Assembly: GCA_947457105.1 (NCBI GenBank)
Contig: CANGUP010000001.1
Location: forward strand, 3,878 to 67,877
Direction: 5' to 3'
Source of the DNA: Flavobacteriaceae bacterium
GTDB taxonomy: Bacteria; Bacteroidota; Bacteroidia; Flavobacteriales; Flavobacteriaceae
DNA: 64,000 nucleotides
The notes under the pieces were generated by a model. The model searched no databases, was not told the DNA's origin, and worked only from the letters and a program-made list of their open reading frames with translations. The first letter of the stretch is position 1; every line of letters starts with the position of its first letter. Of the stretch, positions 1 through 10,396 are shown one piece after another. The translations under genes were made by a program, and so were the position numbers.

Positions 1-1
1 G

Positions 2-319
2 AATGTTCCAGGAAGTTTTGAACTAGTTTATGGTGCACAACGCATGATTGTTACCCAAGAAGTTGATGTAGTAATTACGATTGGTTGTGTAATTAAAGGT
101 GAGACAATGCATTTCGAATTTGTTTGCGAAGGTGTGACTCAAGGAATAAAAGATTTGAATGTTCAAACTGATGTTCCTGTGATTTTTTGTTTGTTGACAG
201 ATAATAACGAGAAACAATCAATCGATAGAAGTGGAGGAGTTCATGGAAATAAAGGTACAGAAGCGGCAATTGCAGCAATTAAAATGGCTGATTTAAGAAG
301 AAATTCTGAAAATAAATAA
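2..319 (+). CDS. ribH: 6,7-dimethyl-8-ribityllumazine synthase, C-terminal part (5' end lies outside the window)
   Basis: The open frame runs from the window edge (NVPGSFELVYGAQRM...). VITIGCVIKGETMHFEFV and GNKGTEAAIAAIKMA are typical RibH C-terminal motifs. Stop at 317-319. Confidence 0.85.
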   Translation, partial: NVPGSFELVYGAQRMIVTQEVDVVITIGCVIKGETMHFEFVCEGVTQGIKDLNVQTDVPVIFCLLTDNNEKQSIDRSGGVHGNKGTEAAIAAIKMADLRRNSENK

Positions 320-347
320 TTCTAAATTAAGTAAAAACATAAAATTT

Positions 348-385
348 AAACCTGCTTTTTAAAAGAGTAGGTTTTTTCTTTTTTA
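348..385 (+). terminator. Rho-independent terminator after ribH
   Basis: Stem AAACCTGC (348-355) pairs with GTAGGTTT (367-374), 8 bp including one G-T pair, 11-nt loop, followed by TTTCTTTTTT. Confidence 0.6.
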
Positions 386-480
386 GTAAGTTGTTAACTA
401 TAATTAACAATAGATTTTCATTAAATTTGCTAACTTTGGTTTTTAACCATGAAAATAAACTCCAAACCAGATACAAATAA

Positions 481-2337
481 ATGTCTAGCATAATTCAATT
501 ACTTCCCGATCATGTTGCCAACCAAATTGCCGCTGGTGAAGTGGTGCAACGTCCTGCTTCTGTAGTAAAGGAATTACTAGAAAATGCTGTTGATGCTGGT
601 GCGACTGATATAAAATTAATTATAAAAGATGCCGGAAAATCGTTAGTTCAAGTTATTGATAACGGAAAAGGAATGAGCGTTACCGATTCAAGACTATGTT
701 TTGAACGCCATGCCACTTCCAAAATTCGTCAGGCGGAAGATTTATTTTCGCTTCATACCAAAGGTTTTCGTGGAGAAGCTTTAGCATCAATTGCCGCAAT
801 TGCTCATGTGGAAATGAAAACCAAACAAGAGCAAGACGAACTTGGAACTCATATAATTATTGAAGGAAGCAAATTTGTTTCTCAAGAACCATCAGTTTTG
901 CCAAAAGGAACTTCGTTTGCTGTGAAGAATTTGTTTTTTAATATTCCGGCACGTCGTAATTTTTTGAAGTCAGAAACAGTTGAATTTCGTCATATTGTTG
1001 ATGAATTTCAACGTGTAGCGTTAGCACATCCAAACATTTATTTCACAATGTATCACAATGGAAGCGAGATGTTTAATCTTCCAAATTCTAATTATCGTCA
1101 GCGAATTGTTAATGTTTTTTCAGGTAAAACCAATGAAAAGTTGGTTCCAATTCAAGAAGAAACTGAAATTGTAACTATTGAAGGATTCGTAGGAAAGCCT
1201 GAATACGCTAAGAAAAATCGAGGCGAACAATTCTTTTTTGTAAACGATAGATTTATAAAAAGTGGCTATTTGCATCATGCCGTAATGGCTGCTTATGAAG
1301 GTTTATTATCCAATGGTTCGCAACCAACGTATTTTATTTATTTAAATGTTCCGCCAAATACTATTGATATTAATATTCATCCAACTAAGACAGAAATTAA
1401 GTTTGATGATGAACATGCCTTATATGCGATTTTGCGTTCCACAATCAAGCACAGTTTAGGACAATTTAATGTAGCTCCTGTTTTAGATTTTGACAGAGAT
1501 CCAAATTTAGATACACCCTATCAATATCAAAATAAAACTGCAGAATATCCAACAGTTCAAGTCGATAGTACCTTTAATCCATTTGTTGACGAAAAGCCAA
1601 GTAAACAATTTTCAGGAGGTTCTAATTCTTATAAAAAACAAGAAGTTGCTGGTTCTAATTGGGAAAGTTTGTATGTTGGATTAAAAAATGATACTTCAGA
1701 AGTAGAAACTTTTTCTTTTGAAAGCGAAGAAGTTACCGCATCATTATTTGACGAAAAGGAAGAGGAGCAAACCATAAACAGAACGTATCAAATTCATAAA
1801 AAATATATTGTAAGTCCAATAAAGTCTGGAATGGTTATTATGGATCAAGGTCGTGCACATCAACGTATTTTGTATGAACAATTTCTTACGAATATGACGG
1901 TTCATCAAGCGTCAAGTCAGCAGTTGTTGTTTCCTTTGCAAATGTATTTTTCAAATAATGAATTGAAATTAATAACCGAATTGCAACCTTCTTTAGAAAA
2001 CACCGGATTCGTTTTTGAAGCTTTTGATACAGACTCTATTCATATTTCTGGAATTCCTGTAAATACTACAGAAAGTGAAATTTCGATGGTTTTAGAGCAA
2101 TTACTTTCTGATTTGCAAGACGGAATTCCAGACAGTAGTTTTAGTCAAAATGATACTATTGCTAAGTCTATGGCCAAAAGTTTGGCTGTAAAAACTGGAA
2201 CTTATTTGTCTGAAAAAGAACAAGAGAATTTGGTTAACAATCTTTTTGCTTGTAAAGAACCAAATGTTTCACCTTTTCAAAAACCAACTTTCATTACGAT
2301 GCGTGTGGAAGATATTGATAAACGATTTGCCTTATGA
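481..2337 (+). CDS. mutL: DNA mismatch repair protein MutL
   Basis: 618-aa ORF with N-terminal GHKL ATPase motifs (IAAGEVVQRPASVVKELLENAVDAGA, DNGKGM, GFRGEAL) and a C-terminal dimerisation region. Confidence 0.95.
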   Translation: MSSIIQLLPDHVANQIAAGEVVQRPASVVKELLENAVDAGATDIKLIIKDAGKSLVQVIDNGKGMSVTDSRLCFERHATSKIRQAEDLFSLHTKGFRGEALASIAAIAHVEMKTKQEQDELGTHIIIEGSKFVSQEPSVLPKGTSFAVKNLFFNIPARRNFLKSETVEFRHIVDEFQRVALAHPNIYFTMYHNGSEMFNLPNSNYRQRIVNVFSGKTNEKLVPIQEETEIVTIEGFVGKPEYAKKNRGEQFFFVNDRFIKSGYLHHAVMAAYEGLLSNGSQPTYFIYLNVPPNTIDINIHPTKTEIKFDDEHALYAILRSTIKHSLGQFNVAPVLDFDRDPNLDTPYQYQNKTAEYPTVQVDSTFNPFVDEKPSKQFSGGSNSYKKQEVAGSNWESLYVGLKNDTSEVETFSFESEEVTASLFDEKEEEQTINRTYQIHKKYIVSPIKSGMVIMDQGRAHQRILYEQFLTNMTVHQASSQQLLFPLQMYFSNNELKLITELQPSLENTGFVFEAFDTDSIHISGIPVNTTESEISMVLEQLLSDLQDGIPDSSFSQNDTIAKSMAKSLAVKTGTYLSEKEQENLVNNLFACKEPNVSPFQKPTFITMRVEDIDKRFAL

Positions 2338-3083
2338 TGAATATCACACCAGTTGTAAAACAACTTTTGATAATTAATATTATCTTTTTTATTGGAAGTC
2401 AAATAGTTCCATTAGCAGAAAGTTATTTTGCATTGTACTATTTTGAAAACCCAATGTTTAAGTTTTGGCAACCATTATCGCATATGTTTATGCATGGAGG
2501 GATTGCACATATTTTCTTTAATATGTTTGCATTGTATTCCTTTGGAAGTGCTTTAGAGCATTTTTGGGGTGGAAATAAGTTCTTGTTTTTTTATATTTCA
2601 TGTGGACTTGGAGCTGCTTTGTTGCATAGTTTTATTAATTATTTAGAGTTTAGAAATGAACTTTCATATTTACTGGATTCTGGTTTTAAAAAAGATGATG
2701 TACTTAGTTTACTAAATCAAAATATGTTTGATCAAAGATGGTTAAATGTAATTGGACAAGATGGGGTTGATGCATTAAGTATTTCCTATCGTGTTCCAGC
2801 AGTAGGAGCTTCTGGAGCTGTTTATGGACTTTTAGTAGCTTTTGCTTTTATGTTTCCCAATGCTGAATTGGCATTGATGTTTATTCCAATTCCAATAAAA
2901 GCCAAATATTTTGTACCTGGGATTTTAGCAATTGATTTGTTTTTAGGTTTCAAAGGAAGTTCAATTTTTGGTGCAGGAAGTACAGGAATTGCACATTTTG
3001 CTCACATTGGTGGTGCATTAACAGGTTTTATAATGATGTGGTATTGGAAGAAAAATCAGTTTAATCATAAACGTTGGAACTAA
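2334..3083 (+). CDS. rhomboid family intramembrane serine protease
   Basis: 249 aa, polytopic. GASGAVYG catalytic Ser motif and AHIGGALTG catalytic His motif. ATGA overlap with the mutL stop. Confidence 0.85.
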   Translation: MMNITPVVKQLLIINIIFFIGSQIVPLAESYFALYYFENPMFKFWQPLSHMFMHGGIAHIFFNMFALYSFGSALEHFWGGNKFLFFYISCGLGAALLHSFINYLEFRNELSYLLDSGFKKDDVLSLLNQNMFDQRWLNVIGQDGVDALSISYRVPAVGASGAVYGLLVAFAFMFPNAELALMFIPIPIKAKYFVPGILAIDLFLGFKGSSIFGAGSTGIAHFAHIGGALTGFIMMWYWKKNQFNHKRWN

Positions 3084-3950
3084 ATGAGTAGGATTTTTGA
3101 CGATATAAAATTACAATACAAAATTGGCGACATCACTAATAAAGTAATTTATTGGAATGTTGGAATGTTTCTATTGTCGTTAGTACTTTTTTTTAAGTTT
3201 AAGGAATATCAATTTGATTATCCGTCATGGCTAGCTTTATCATCAAATCCAAATGATTTTTTGATATTTCCTTGGACATTTTTGACTTATGCATTTCTTC
3301 ATTCTGGATTTTGGCATTTATTTTTTAATATGGTAATGCTCAATTTCTCAGGTCGATTGTTTCTTACTTTTTTTACTCAAAAACAATTTATTGGACTATA
3401 TGTTCTTAGTTCAATTTTTGCAGGTTTGACATTTGCTATTTCCTATTTCTTAATGGGAATAAATGCTCCAATTGTTGGTGCTTCAGCTGCAGTTTTAACT
3501 ATTTTGTTCGCTTCAACAACATATCAGCCTTTGATGGAAGTAAGGTTATTACTAATTGGAAATGTAAAACTTTGGCACATAACCGCTGTTATATTGATTT
3601 TAGATATAATGCAAATTTTAGTAGAGAATACCGGTGGACACATTGCACACATTGCAGGTGCTTTTTTTGGAGTTATTTATATCAAGTTACTTCAAAGCGG
3701 TACCGATTTAAGTAGAATTGTAACCATAGTAATTGATTTTTTTGTTAATTTGTTTCAACCGAAGAAATCAACACCATTCAAAAAAGTTCATGTTAATACA
3801 AAAAAAGCAAATACTACAACTAAAAGTAAGATAGTATTAAAAGATAAAACACAACAACAGATTGATGAAATTTTAGATAAAATAAGTCAATCGGGTTATG
3901 ATAGTTTGACAGTAGAGGAAAAGGAGTTTTTGTTTAAAGCTGGTAAATAG
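3084..3950 (+). CDS. rhomboid family membrane protein (second paralog, with a C-terminal soluble tail)
   Basis: 288 aa. HSGFWHLFFNM, GASAAVL and AHIAGAFFG motifs. The start directly abuts the previous stop. Confidence 0.8.
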   Translation: MSRIFDDIKLQYKIGDITNKVIYWNVGMFLLSLVLFFKFKEYQFDYPSWLALSSNPNDFLIFPWTFLTYAFLHSGFWHLFFNMVMLNFSGRLFLTFFTQKQFIGLYVLSSIFAGLTFAISYFLMGINAPIVGASAAVLTILFASTTYQPLMEVRLLLIGNVKLWHITAVILILDIMQILVENTGGHIAHIAGAFFGVIYIKLLQSGTDLSRIVTIVIDFFVNLFQPKKSTPFKKVHVNTKKANTTTKSKIVLKDKTQQQIDEILDKISQSGYDSLTVEEKEFLFKAGK

Positions 3951-4026
3951 TATTCAGTAATCAGTGTTCAGTTTTGTAGATTAAAAAAAATAACTTTGTG
4001 TCTTAGTGCCTTTGCGGCAATGTAAT

Positions 4027-5073
4027 ATGAAGAAACTCTCATGGTTTAATAAAGTAATGTATTTTTTCAATATAGTGTTGACTGTATTGACTTTTCTTGC
4101 TTATGTTTTGCCATTTCTTGCGCCTAAGTTTTTCCCTTTTTTATCTGTTTTAACTCTTGTATTACCTTTGTTTTTAATACTGAACGGATTGTTTTTTATT
4201 TATTGGTTGTTCCAAATAAAGAGACAAATGATACTTTCTGGCATTGTATTAATGCTGGGTATTACTTTCGTAAATAAGTTTTACAAGTTTTCTTCTAATG
4301 AAAAGACTTTTGAAGAAAAGGATTTTGTGGTTATGAGCTATAATGTTCGACTATTCAATCTTTTTCAATGGTTGCCAAAGGAAAATGTAGGCGATGAAAT
4401 TAAGCAATTTATTAATGATCAAAATCCAGATATTCTCTGTATTCAAGAATATTCAGAAACTGCTAATGTAGATTTACGTGTGTACAAGCATAAGTTTGTT
4501 TTTATGCAAGGAAATAAAATTAGAACTGGTCAAGCGATTTTTTCAAAATATCCTATTATTGACAAAGGTAATATTGAGTTTCCAGAATCTAATAATCTAA
4601 TCGTTTATGCCGATATTAGAAAAGGAAAAGACACAATAAGAGTTTATAATATGCATTTGCAATCCATTAAAATATCGCCAGATGTTAACGAAATGCAAGA
4701 CAATGTTGATTCTATAAACCAACACAAATCGGAATTAGTTGTAAAAAGAATTAGTAAAGCATTTACAAAACAACAATTGCAAGCTGAGATTTTAGTAAAA
4801 AACAAAAAAGAGTGTTCGTATCCAATGATTATTTGTGGCGATATGAATAATAGTGCCTTTTCGTATGTTTATAGAAGTATTAAAGGTAACCTAAACGATT
4901 GTTTTGAAGAAGTAGGAAATGGTTTTGGTCAAACCTATAACTTCAAATATTATCCTGCACGAATTGATTATATTTTTGCTGACAAATCAATTCAAGTTAA
5001 GAGCTTTCAAAGCTTTCCAAACTTCAAAAATTCGGATCATTATCCAATAATTGCAAGGTTGATGATTGAGTGA
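4027..5073 (+). CDS. membrane-anchored endonuclease/exonuclease/phosphatase (EEP) family protein
   Basis: N-terminal TM helices followed by EEP-fold motifs (VMSYNV, ILCIQE, GDMN, SDHYPI). I prefer the ATG at 4027 (MKKLSWFNK) over the GTG at 4006 listed in the ORF track. Confidence 0.8.
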   Translation: MKKLSWFNKVMYFFNIVLTVLTFLAYVLPFLAPKFFPFLSVLTLVLPLFLILNGLFFIYWLFQIKRQMILSGIVLMLGITFVNKFYKFSSNEKTFEEKDFVVMSYNVRLFNLFQWLPKENVGDEIKQFINDQNPDILCIQEYSETANVDLRVYKHKFVFMQGNKIRTGQAIFSKYPIIDKGNIEFPESNNLIVYADIRKGKDTIRVYNMHLQSIKISPDVNEMQDNVDSINQHKSELVVKRISKAFTKQQLQAEILVKNKKECSYPMIICGDMNNSAFSYVYRSIKGNLNDCFEEVGNGFGQTYNFKYYPARIDYIFADKSIQVKSFQSFPNFKNSDHYPIIARLMIE

Positions 5074-5688
5074 TTATAGTGATTGATTTTTTAAGTAATC
5101 TAAAGCATAACGACCTTCATTAAAAAGCAAATCGAGAATACTCAAATTGTTTATAAAACCATGTTTATCATCAAATACTTGAGTGTAAGGAGTAATGATG
5201 GTGGTATCTTTTTTTCCGTTAGCCAAATCTCTAAAGTCATTAAAGTTGGGAACTTCTTGAAAATATTCGGCAGTTTCACTATATGTTAATGGCATTCGCA
5301 AACATTTTGAAACCAAAGTCATGGTATCAAAATTTAAATCTTTTAAGAATTCATATTTTTTTTCAAAAATAGGTACTATTTCATCTTCAAAATATTCAAA
5401 GAAAGGTGAGCTTCTGTAGCCCGCTTCTAGCGACTTAAAATGTTGTTTTTGCCAATCAAAGTCGTTTTCAATTCTAATATCTTTACTTTTTTGATGACGT
5501 TCTTTACTATGTTTGATAGGAATATTTAACATTTGTAAGCCATTCGGACTGTAAATATACATTCTATTGCGATTGGTTTGTTTTTGGAAATTGTCTTCCA
5601 TTTCAAACGTAATCGAATCTGCTTGCGCCATTGCAATAAACTGACTTATTGATGGGAAATAAGTAGGATATAAAATTATATGATTCAT
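5074..5688 (-). CDS. WbqC family protein
   Basis: 204 aa. N-terminus MNHIILYPTYFPSISQF...NFQKQTNRNRMYI matches my memory of the WbqC-like family. Its stop abuts the convergent EEP stop with zero spacing. Confidence 0.75.
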   Translation of the reverse strand: MNHIILYPTYFPSISQFIAMAQADSITFEMEDNFQKQTNRNRMYIYSPNGLQMLNIPIKHSKERHQKSKDIRIENDFDWQKQHFKSLEAGYRSSPFFEYFEDEIVPIFEKKYEFLKDLNFDTMTLVSKCLRMPLTYSETAEYFQEVPNFNDFRDLANGKKDTTIITPYTQVFDDKHGFINNLSILDLLFNEGRYALDYLKNQSL

Positions 5689-5745
5689 TGTTTATGGTTT
5701 GTTGTTTATGGCTCACAAACTATGAACCATAAACTATAAACTATT
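5689..5745. repeat. inverted heptamer arrays (GTTTATG / CATAAAC-AAACTAT) forming a hairpin between the lepB stop and the WbqC start
   Basis: GTTTATGG (5704-5711) pairs with CCATAAAC (5727-5734). Outer pairing extends to about 18 bp. AAACTAT units repeat with period 7 at 5731-5744. Confidence 0.6.
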
Positions 5746-7324
5746 CTGATTTTTTTGCTTTTCTCTTAGTCCAGAAATATTCTCCTACAAAGTATATTGC
5801 TAATAAAGCTAAGAAATATTTAAAATAAGATTGAGGCTGTCCTTCACCACTTACTGTTGTAAACAATCTTTCCCAACGAATTTTATTCATAATTCCTTGA
5901 CCATTTGAATCCCAACTCATCCAAATAAAGATTGGTTTTCCTACTATATGATCTTCTGGAGTATAACCAAAATAACGAGCATCTAAAGAATTATGGCGAT
6001 TATCTCCCATCATCCAATAGTAGTTTTGTTTGAAAGTATAAGTAGTAGCTATTTTGTCATTAATATAAATATCATTGCCAACAACTTTCAATTTATTTCC
6101 TTCATATTCTTTGATAATAATCTTGTAGAATGGAAGAGATTCTAAAGTTAATGCCACCGTTTTACCAGCTTGTGGAATGTAAATAGGACCATAATTATCG
6201 CCACTCCAAGCAATTTTATTTTCATCTGCACCATCGTGATGTTTGCATGGGAAAATTCCATTTTCACGACCTTTTCGTATATTTCTTTTTATAGAAGTAA
6301 TTCCAGAAACTGTTTTTAGTTTTTCTGCATTTTCAAATGTAAGCGCACGAATAGTTAATGAATCTCTGTCTGCAGTTTCAAATCCATATCCATCAGTAAT
6401 ATTTAATTCTTTGAAAACAGCGTCAAAATCTGTTGTAGATTTTGGATCTAAAGTTACTTTATAAGAATATTGAGGTTTAGCTCTATCTGGTAAAATCAAT
6501 TCTTTTCCATTGATAAAAACAATTCCGTCTTTGATTTGTAGGCTGTCACCAGGAATTCCAACGCAACGTTTTACATAATTTGTCTTTTTATCGATGGGCT
6601 TGTCATATCTTTTATCGGCTGGAAGATACATATGGAATAAGGTATCTCTTGGCCAGTTGAAAACTACAATATCATTATTTTTTATTTTTTCAAAACCAGG
6701 AAATCTAAAATAAGGTAATTGCGGAAAAGTAGAATATGATTTTGTCTTAATAAATGGTAAGGTGTCATGAACCATTGGCGCTGCAATAGTTGTCATTGGA
6801 GTTCTTGCACCATAATTTTGCTTACTTACAAATAAGAAATCACCAATTAGTAAAGATTTTTCTAAAGAGGATGATGGGATTACAAAAGGCTGAATAAAAT
6901 AAGTATGAACAAAAGTTGCAACAATGATTGCAAAAAGCAAAGAACCTATAGTATCACCAGTTTTGGTTGCTGGAGTTAAACTTCTATCTTTTATATATTC
7001 AACATTCTGAGTATAATTCATGTAGTAAATGTAAAACCCACAAGTAATCACTCCAAGAAAAGTATCAGTTGAAGAATTTTTTCCAAAACTTCTCAAGGTT
7101 TCTACCCAAACAATAGGAAACATCATTAGATTGATTACCGGAAGAAATAATAAAAATGTCCACCAAGTTGGACGATTTATGATTTTCATCAAAACTATCG
7201 AATTGTAAACTGGAATAAATGCTTCCCAAGATTTTCTTCCTGCTTTTTCATATAATTTCCATGTTCCCAATCCGTGAATTAGTTGAACAATTAGGAAAAA
7301 CACAAACCATTGATATGCTGTCAT
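5741..7324 (-). CDS. lepB: signal peptidase I (long flavobacterial form)
   Basis: 527 aa. S26 boxes are present: SSSLEKSLLIGDFLFV (catalytic Ser region), YVKRCVGIPGD (Lys box) and GDNRHNSLDARYFG. Confidence 0.9.
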   Translation of the reverse strand: MTAYQWFVFFLIVQLIHGLGTWKLYEKAGRKSWEAFIPVYNSIVLMKIINRPTWWTFLLFLPVINLMMFPIVWVETLRSFGKNSSTDTFLGVITCGFYIYYMNYTQNVEYIKDRSLTPATKTGDTIGSLLFAIIVATFVHTYFIQPFVIPSSSLEKSLLIGDFLFVSKQNYGARTPMTTIAAPMVHDTLPFIKTKSYSTFPQLPYFRFPGFEKIKNNDIVVFNWPRDTLFHMYLPADKRYDKPIDKKTNYVKRCVGIPGDSLQIKDGIVFINGKELILPDRAKPQYSYKVTLDPKSTTDFDAVFKELNITDGYGFETADRDSLTIRALTFENAEKLKTVSGITSIKRNIRKGRENGIFPCKHHDGADENKIAWSGDNYGPIYIPQAGKTVALTLESLPFYKIIIKEYEGNKLKVVGNDIYINDKIATTYTFKQNYYWMMGDNRHNSLDARYFGYTPEDHIVGKPIFIWMSWDSNGQGIMNKIRWERLFTTVSGEGQPQSYFKYFLALLAIYFVGEYFWTKRKAKKSE

Positions 7325-7343
7325 TTTATATTTGTTTAAAAGG

Positions 7344-7366
7344 TTAAGAGATTAAAAGTTTAAGAG
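7344..7366. repeat. octamer tandem repeat TTAARAGN x3
   Basis: TTAAGAG at 7344, TTAAAAG at 7352 and TTAAGAG at 7360, in the dapB-lepB spacer. Confidence 0.55.
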
Positions 7367-7391
7367 CCAAATATCTTAAATTCATTTAATC

Positions 7392-7419
7392 TTCTATATT
7401 CTATTTTCTATACTTTATT
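7392..7419. repeat. heptamer tandem repeat TTCTATW x3-4 overlapping the dapB stop codon
   Basis: TTCTATA, TTCTATT, TTCTATA and CTTTATT with period 7. Confidence 0.55.
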
Positions 7420-8116
7420 CTAATTCTAAAACGTCTTTCATTGAAAAAACACCTTTTTTTCCTACTAACCATTCGGCAGCAATTATTGAACCTAAAGCAA
7501 ACCCATCGCGATTATGTGCAGTATGTTTGATTTCTATAGTATCTACTTCAGATGTGTAAAAAATACTATGTGTTCCTGGAACATTTTCTATTCTTTTGGC
7601 ATCAATTTGAATTTCGTTTTCCTTTGGATTTTCTAAAGTCCAATTGCAATAATTTGAATTTTCAATAACTCCTTTTGCTAATGAAATAGCAGTTCCACTT
7701 GGAGCATCCAATTTTTGTGTATGATGAATTTCTTCCATTGTAACTTTATATTGATTGAACTTTGACATCATTTTTGCCAAATAATTATTCAATTCAAAAA
7801 ACAAATTTACTCCTAAACTAAAATTAGAACCATATATAAAAGCACCATTTTTTTCTTCACAAAGTGCTACCATTTTATTGTAATCCTCCAACCAACCTGT
7901 AGTTCCTGAAATTACTGGAATTCCGTTATTCAAACACTCAGAAATATTGGTGACAGCAAAACTTGGCACACTAAAATCTATGGCAACATCAGCATTATCT
8001 AGTCCATCAAAAGTAGAAGCACTTGATTTTCTTAATACGATTTCATGACCTCTTTCTAAAGCAATTCGTTCAATTACTTTACCCATTTTTCCGTATCCAA
8101 GAAGTGCTATTTTCAT
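7415..8116 (-). CDS. dapB: 4-hydroxy-tetrahydrodipicolinate reductase
   Basis: 233 aa. N-terminal NAD(P) fold MKIALLGYGKMGK. EIHHTQKLDAPSGTA signature. Confidence 0.92.
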   Translation of the reverse strand: MKIALLGYGKMGKVIERIALERGHEIVLRKSSASTFDGLDNADVAIDFSVPSFAVTNISECLNNGIPVISGTTGWLEDYNKMVALCEEKNGAFIYGSNFSLGVNLFFELNNYLAKMMSKFNQYKVTMEEIHHTQKLDAPSGTAISLAKGVIENSNYCNWTLENPKENEIQIDAKRIENVPGTHSIFYTSEVDTIEIKHTAHNRDGFALGSIIAAEWLVGKKGVFSMKDVLELE

Positions 8117-8165
8117 GATGAGTTAGTTAGCTTGTAATGTTGTTTGTTACAGTTTTAAGAAAACT

Positions 8166-8726
8166 TTATAATTTTAAAATTACAGAAATGCCAAGATTTT
8201 GTCTTGAAGTGAAGTCATTTCTATAAATATCTGGTTTCACAGTAAGTTTTTCATTTACGTTGAAATGCATTAAGTGTGCATCAACATTAGCCTCAACAAT
8301 ATTTAAAATGTAAAACAATCCTGTGATAAGCATCGATAAATCTCGATTTCTTTGATAGAATTTTTGTGCAGCAATAAGTCGCGAATCATCCAAGTATGAG
8401 AATTCATCGCCTGTATAACCTTCTAATCGACTTTTGTAAGCATCTCGATATTGATGGTATTTTTTATTATTACTAATATAAAAATAAATACTAGTTCCCA
8501 TAGCTCCATAAACAATGGGGATTTTCCAATATTTCTTATTGTAAGCTTGACCTAACCCAGGAAGAACAGCTGAATAAAAAGCTGCTTTTGCAGGAGCAAG
8601 CGGATTGATTTGTGATTTGCTAATAGTATCTAAAGCTACTAAATCTTTACCCAATTCAGTTTGGCTAAATGACAAATTGCTTCCCAAAAGAAGTAAGAAT
8701 AATGATATGTAAATCGACTTAATCAC
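8166..8726 (-). CDS. DUF5683 domain-containing membrane protein
   Basis: 186 aa, signal peptide. LPGLGQAYNKKYWKIPIVYG is the family signature as I recall it. GTG start overlaps the parB stop by 1 nt. Confidence 0.7.
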   Translation of the reverse strand: MIKSIYISLFLLLLGSNLSFSQTELGKDLVALDTISKSQINPLAPAKAAFYSAVLPGLGQAYNKKYWKIPIVYGAMGTSIYFYISNNKKYHQYRDAYKSRLEGYTGDEFSYLDDSRLIAAQKFYQRNRDLSMLITGLFYILNIVEANVDAHLMHFNVNEKLTVKPDIYRNDFTSRQNLGISVILKL

Positions 8727-9625
8727 TAACTGTTGATTAATTTTACAATTCTATTAAAATCCTCTTCTGAATGGAATGGAATTGCAATTTTACCTTTTCC
8801 TTTTCCGTCAACTTTTACATCAACTTTTGCTCCAAAGAAATTAGTAAAGGCTTTCTTTTGGTCGTCTGCAATAGAAAATGAACTTGCTTTTTTTGCTTTC
8901 GCAGCAGTAGGTTTTAATCCGTCTTGATGTTTTTTCACCAAAGCTTCTGTATCACGAACAGAAAGGTTTTGGCTTACAATTTTTTGATAAATATCAGTTT
9001 GAACATCTTGGTCATCTATATTAATCATTGCACGACCATGTCCCATACTAATAAACCCATCACGAATTCCTGTTTGAATAATCGGGTCTAATTTTAAAAG
9101 ACGTAAATAATTAGTTATTGTAGAACGTTTTTTTCCAACTCGTTCACTCATTTGTTCTTGAGTTAGTTGAATTTCTTCAATCAAACGTTGGTACGATAAA
9201 GCAATCTCGATTGGATCTAAATCGTGACGTTGAATGTTTTCAACCAATGCCATTACTAATGATTCGTTATCATTAGCAATTCTGATGTACGCAGGAATTG
9301 TTGTCATTCCAACTAATTTGGAAGCGCGTAAACGGCGTTCACCAGAAATTAATTGGTATTTATTGAAATCTAATTTTCTTACAGTAATAGGTTGAATAAC
9401 ACCAAGTTCCTTAATTGATGTAGCTAATTCTTTTAATGCTTCTTCATTAAAATTAGATCTAGGTTGAAACGGATTTATTTCAATAGAATCAATTTCAATT
9501 TCAAGAATATTACCAACAACTTTGTCAGCATTTTTATCATCAATTGATTTAATATCGTTATCAGGATCTTTTAACAAAGCAGACAATCCTCTACCTAAAG
9601 CTTGTTTTTTTAGTGCCTTCGCCAT
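8726..9625 (-). CDS. parB: ParB/Spo0J chromosome partitioning protein
   Basis: 299 aa. ParB box ISGERRLRAS and an HTH region (QEQMSERVGKKRSTITNYLRLL). Confidence 0.93.
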   Translation of the reverse strand: MAKALKKQALGRGLSALLKDPDNDIKSIDDKNADKVVGNILEIEIDSIEINPFQPRSNFNEEALKELATSIKELGVIQPITVRKLDFNKYQLISGERRLRASKLVGMTTIPAYIRIANDNESLVMALVENIQRHDLDPIEIALSYQRLIEEIQLTQEQMSERVGKKRSTITNYLRLLKLDPIIQTGIRDGFISMGHGRAMINIDDQDVQTDIYQKIVSQNLSVRDTEALVKKHQDGLKPTAAKAKKASSFSIADDQKKAFTNFFGAKVDVKVDGKGKGKIAIPFHSEEDFNRIVKLINS

Positions 9626-9628
9626 AAA

Positions 9629-10396
9629 TTAGTTACTGTTTTTTTTAATAATTTCTTCTGCCAAACTCAAGTAATTCATCGCTCCTTTGCTAGTAGCATC
9701 AAAAGCAATGATACTTTCTCCAAAACTTGGTGCTTCGCTTAATTTTACATTTCTTTGAATTATAGTTTTGAAAACCATATCGTTAAAATGTTTTTGAACT
9801 TCTTCCACAACTTGATTTGAAAGGCGTAAACGCGAATCATACATTGTTAAAAGCAATCCCTCAATATCTAAGTTTGGATTATGAATTTTTTGAACACTTT
9901 TTATAGTATTCAATAATTTTCCTAAACCTTCTAAAGCAAAATATTCACATTGAATAGGAATTACTACAGAATCGGCTGCTGTTAAAGCATTTAATGTTAG
10001 TAATCCTAGTGATGGCGCACAATCAATTAAAATAAAATCGTAATTATCTTTAATGCTTTCTAAAGCTTGTTTAAGCATATACTCGCGATTTTCTTTGTCT
10101 ACTAATTCAATTTCAATGGCAACAAGGTCAATGTGAGCAGGAATTATATCAACATTTGGAGAAGTAGATTTTACAATTGCTTCTTCCGGAATATTACTTT
10201 GTTCAATAATTTGATACGTTCCAATTTCTACACTTTCTACATCAATGCCTAAACCCGAACTCGCATTGGCTTGTGGATCGGCGTCGATTAATAAAACTTT
10301 CTTTTCTAAAACTCCTAGTGATGCAGCTAAATTAACCGAAGTAGTCGTTTTTCCTACACCACCTTTTTGGTTGGCGATTGCAATGATTTTACCCAT
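9629..10396 (-). CDS. parA: ParA/Soj chromosome partitioning ATPase
   Basis: 255 aa. Deviant Walker A NQKGGVGKTTT. Lies 3 nt upstream of parB. Confidence 0.93.
   Translation of the reverse strand: MGKIIAIANQKGGVGKTTTSVNLAASLGVLEKKVLLIDADPQANASSGLGIDVESVEIGTYQIIEQSNIPEEAIVKSTSPNVDIIPAHIDLVAIEIELVDKENREYMLKQALESIKDNYDFILIDCAPSLGLLTLNALTAADSVVIPIQCEYFALEGLGKLLNTIKSVQKIHNPNLDIEGLLLTMYDSRLRLSNQVVEEVQKHFNDMVFKTIIQRNVKLSEAPSFGESIIAFDATSKGAMNYLSLAEEIIKKNSN

Noticed and set aside
6243-6464. Short ORFs in the track that lie antisense to, or out of frame within, well-supported genes. Examples: 23..217, 93..278, 6243..6464, 8733..8927, 10245..10448, 11051..11266, 12986..13186, 14236..14517, 15090..15281, 17374..17795, 19045..19285, 23521..23763, 31338..31883, 38620..38817, 40158..40379, 41309..41569, 44876..45094, 45745..45945, 46565..47165, 51541..51862, 53124..53802, 54375..55302, 56215..56520, 59797..60054, 62664..63005 and 63746..63928.
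   Set aside because: They are fully embedded in conserved genes on the other strand or in another frame. Their composition is low-complexity and AT-codon-driven (I/F/L/K/N rich), and I recognise no motifs. These are typical shadow ORFs.
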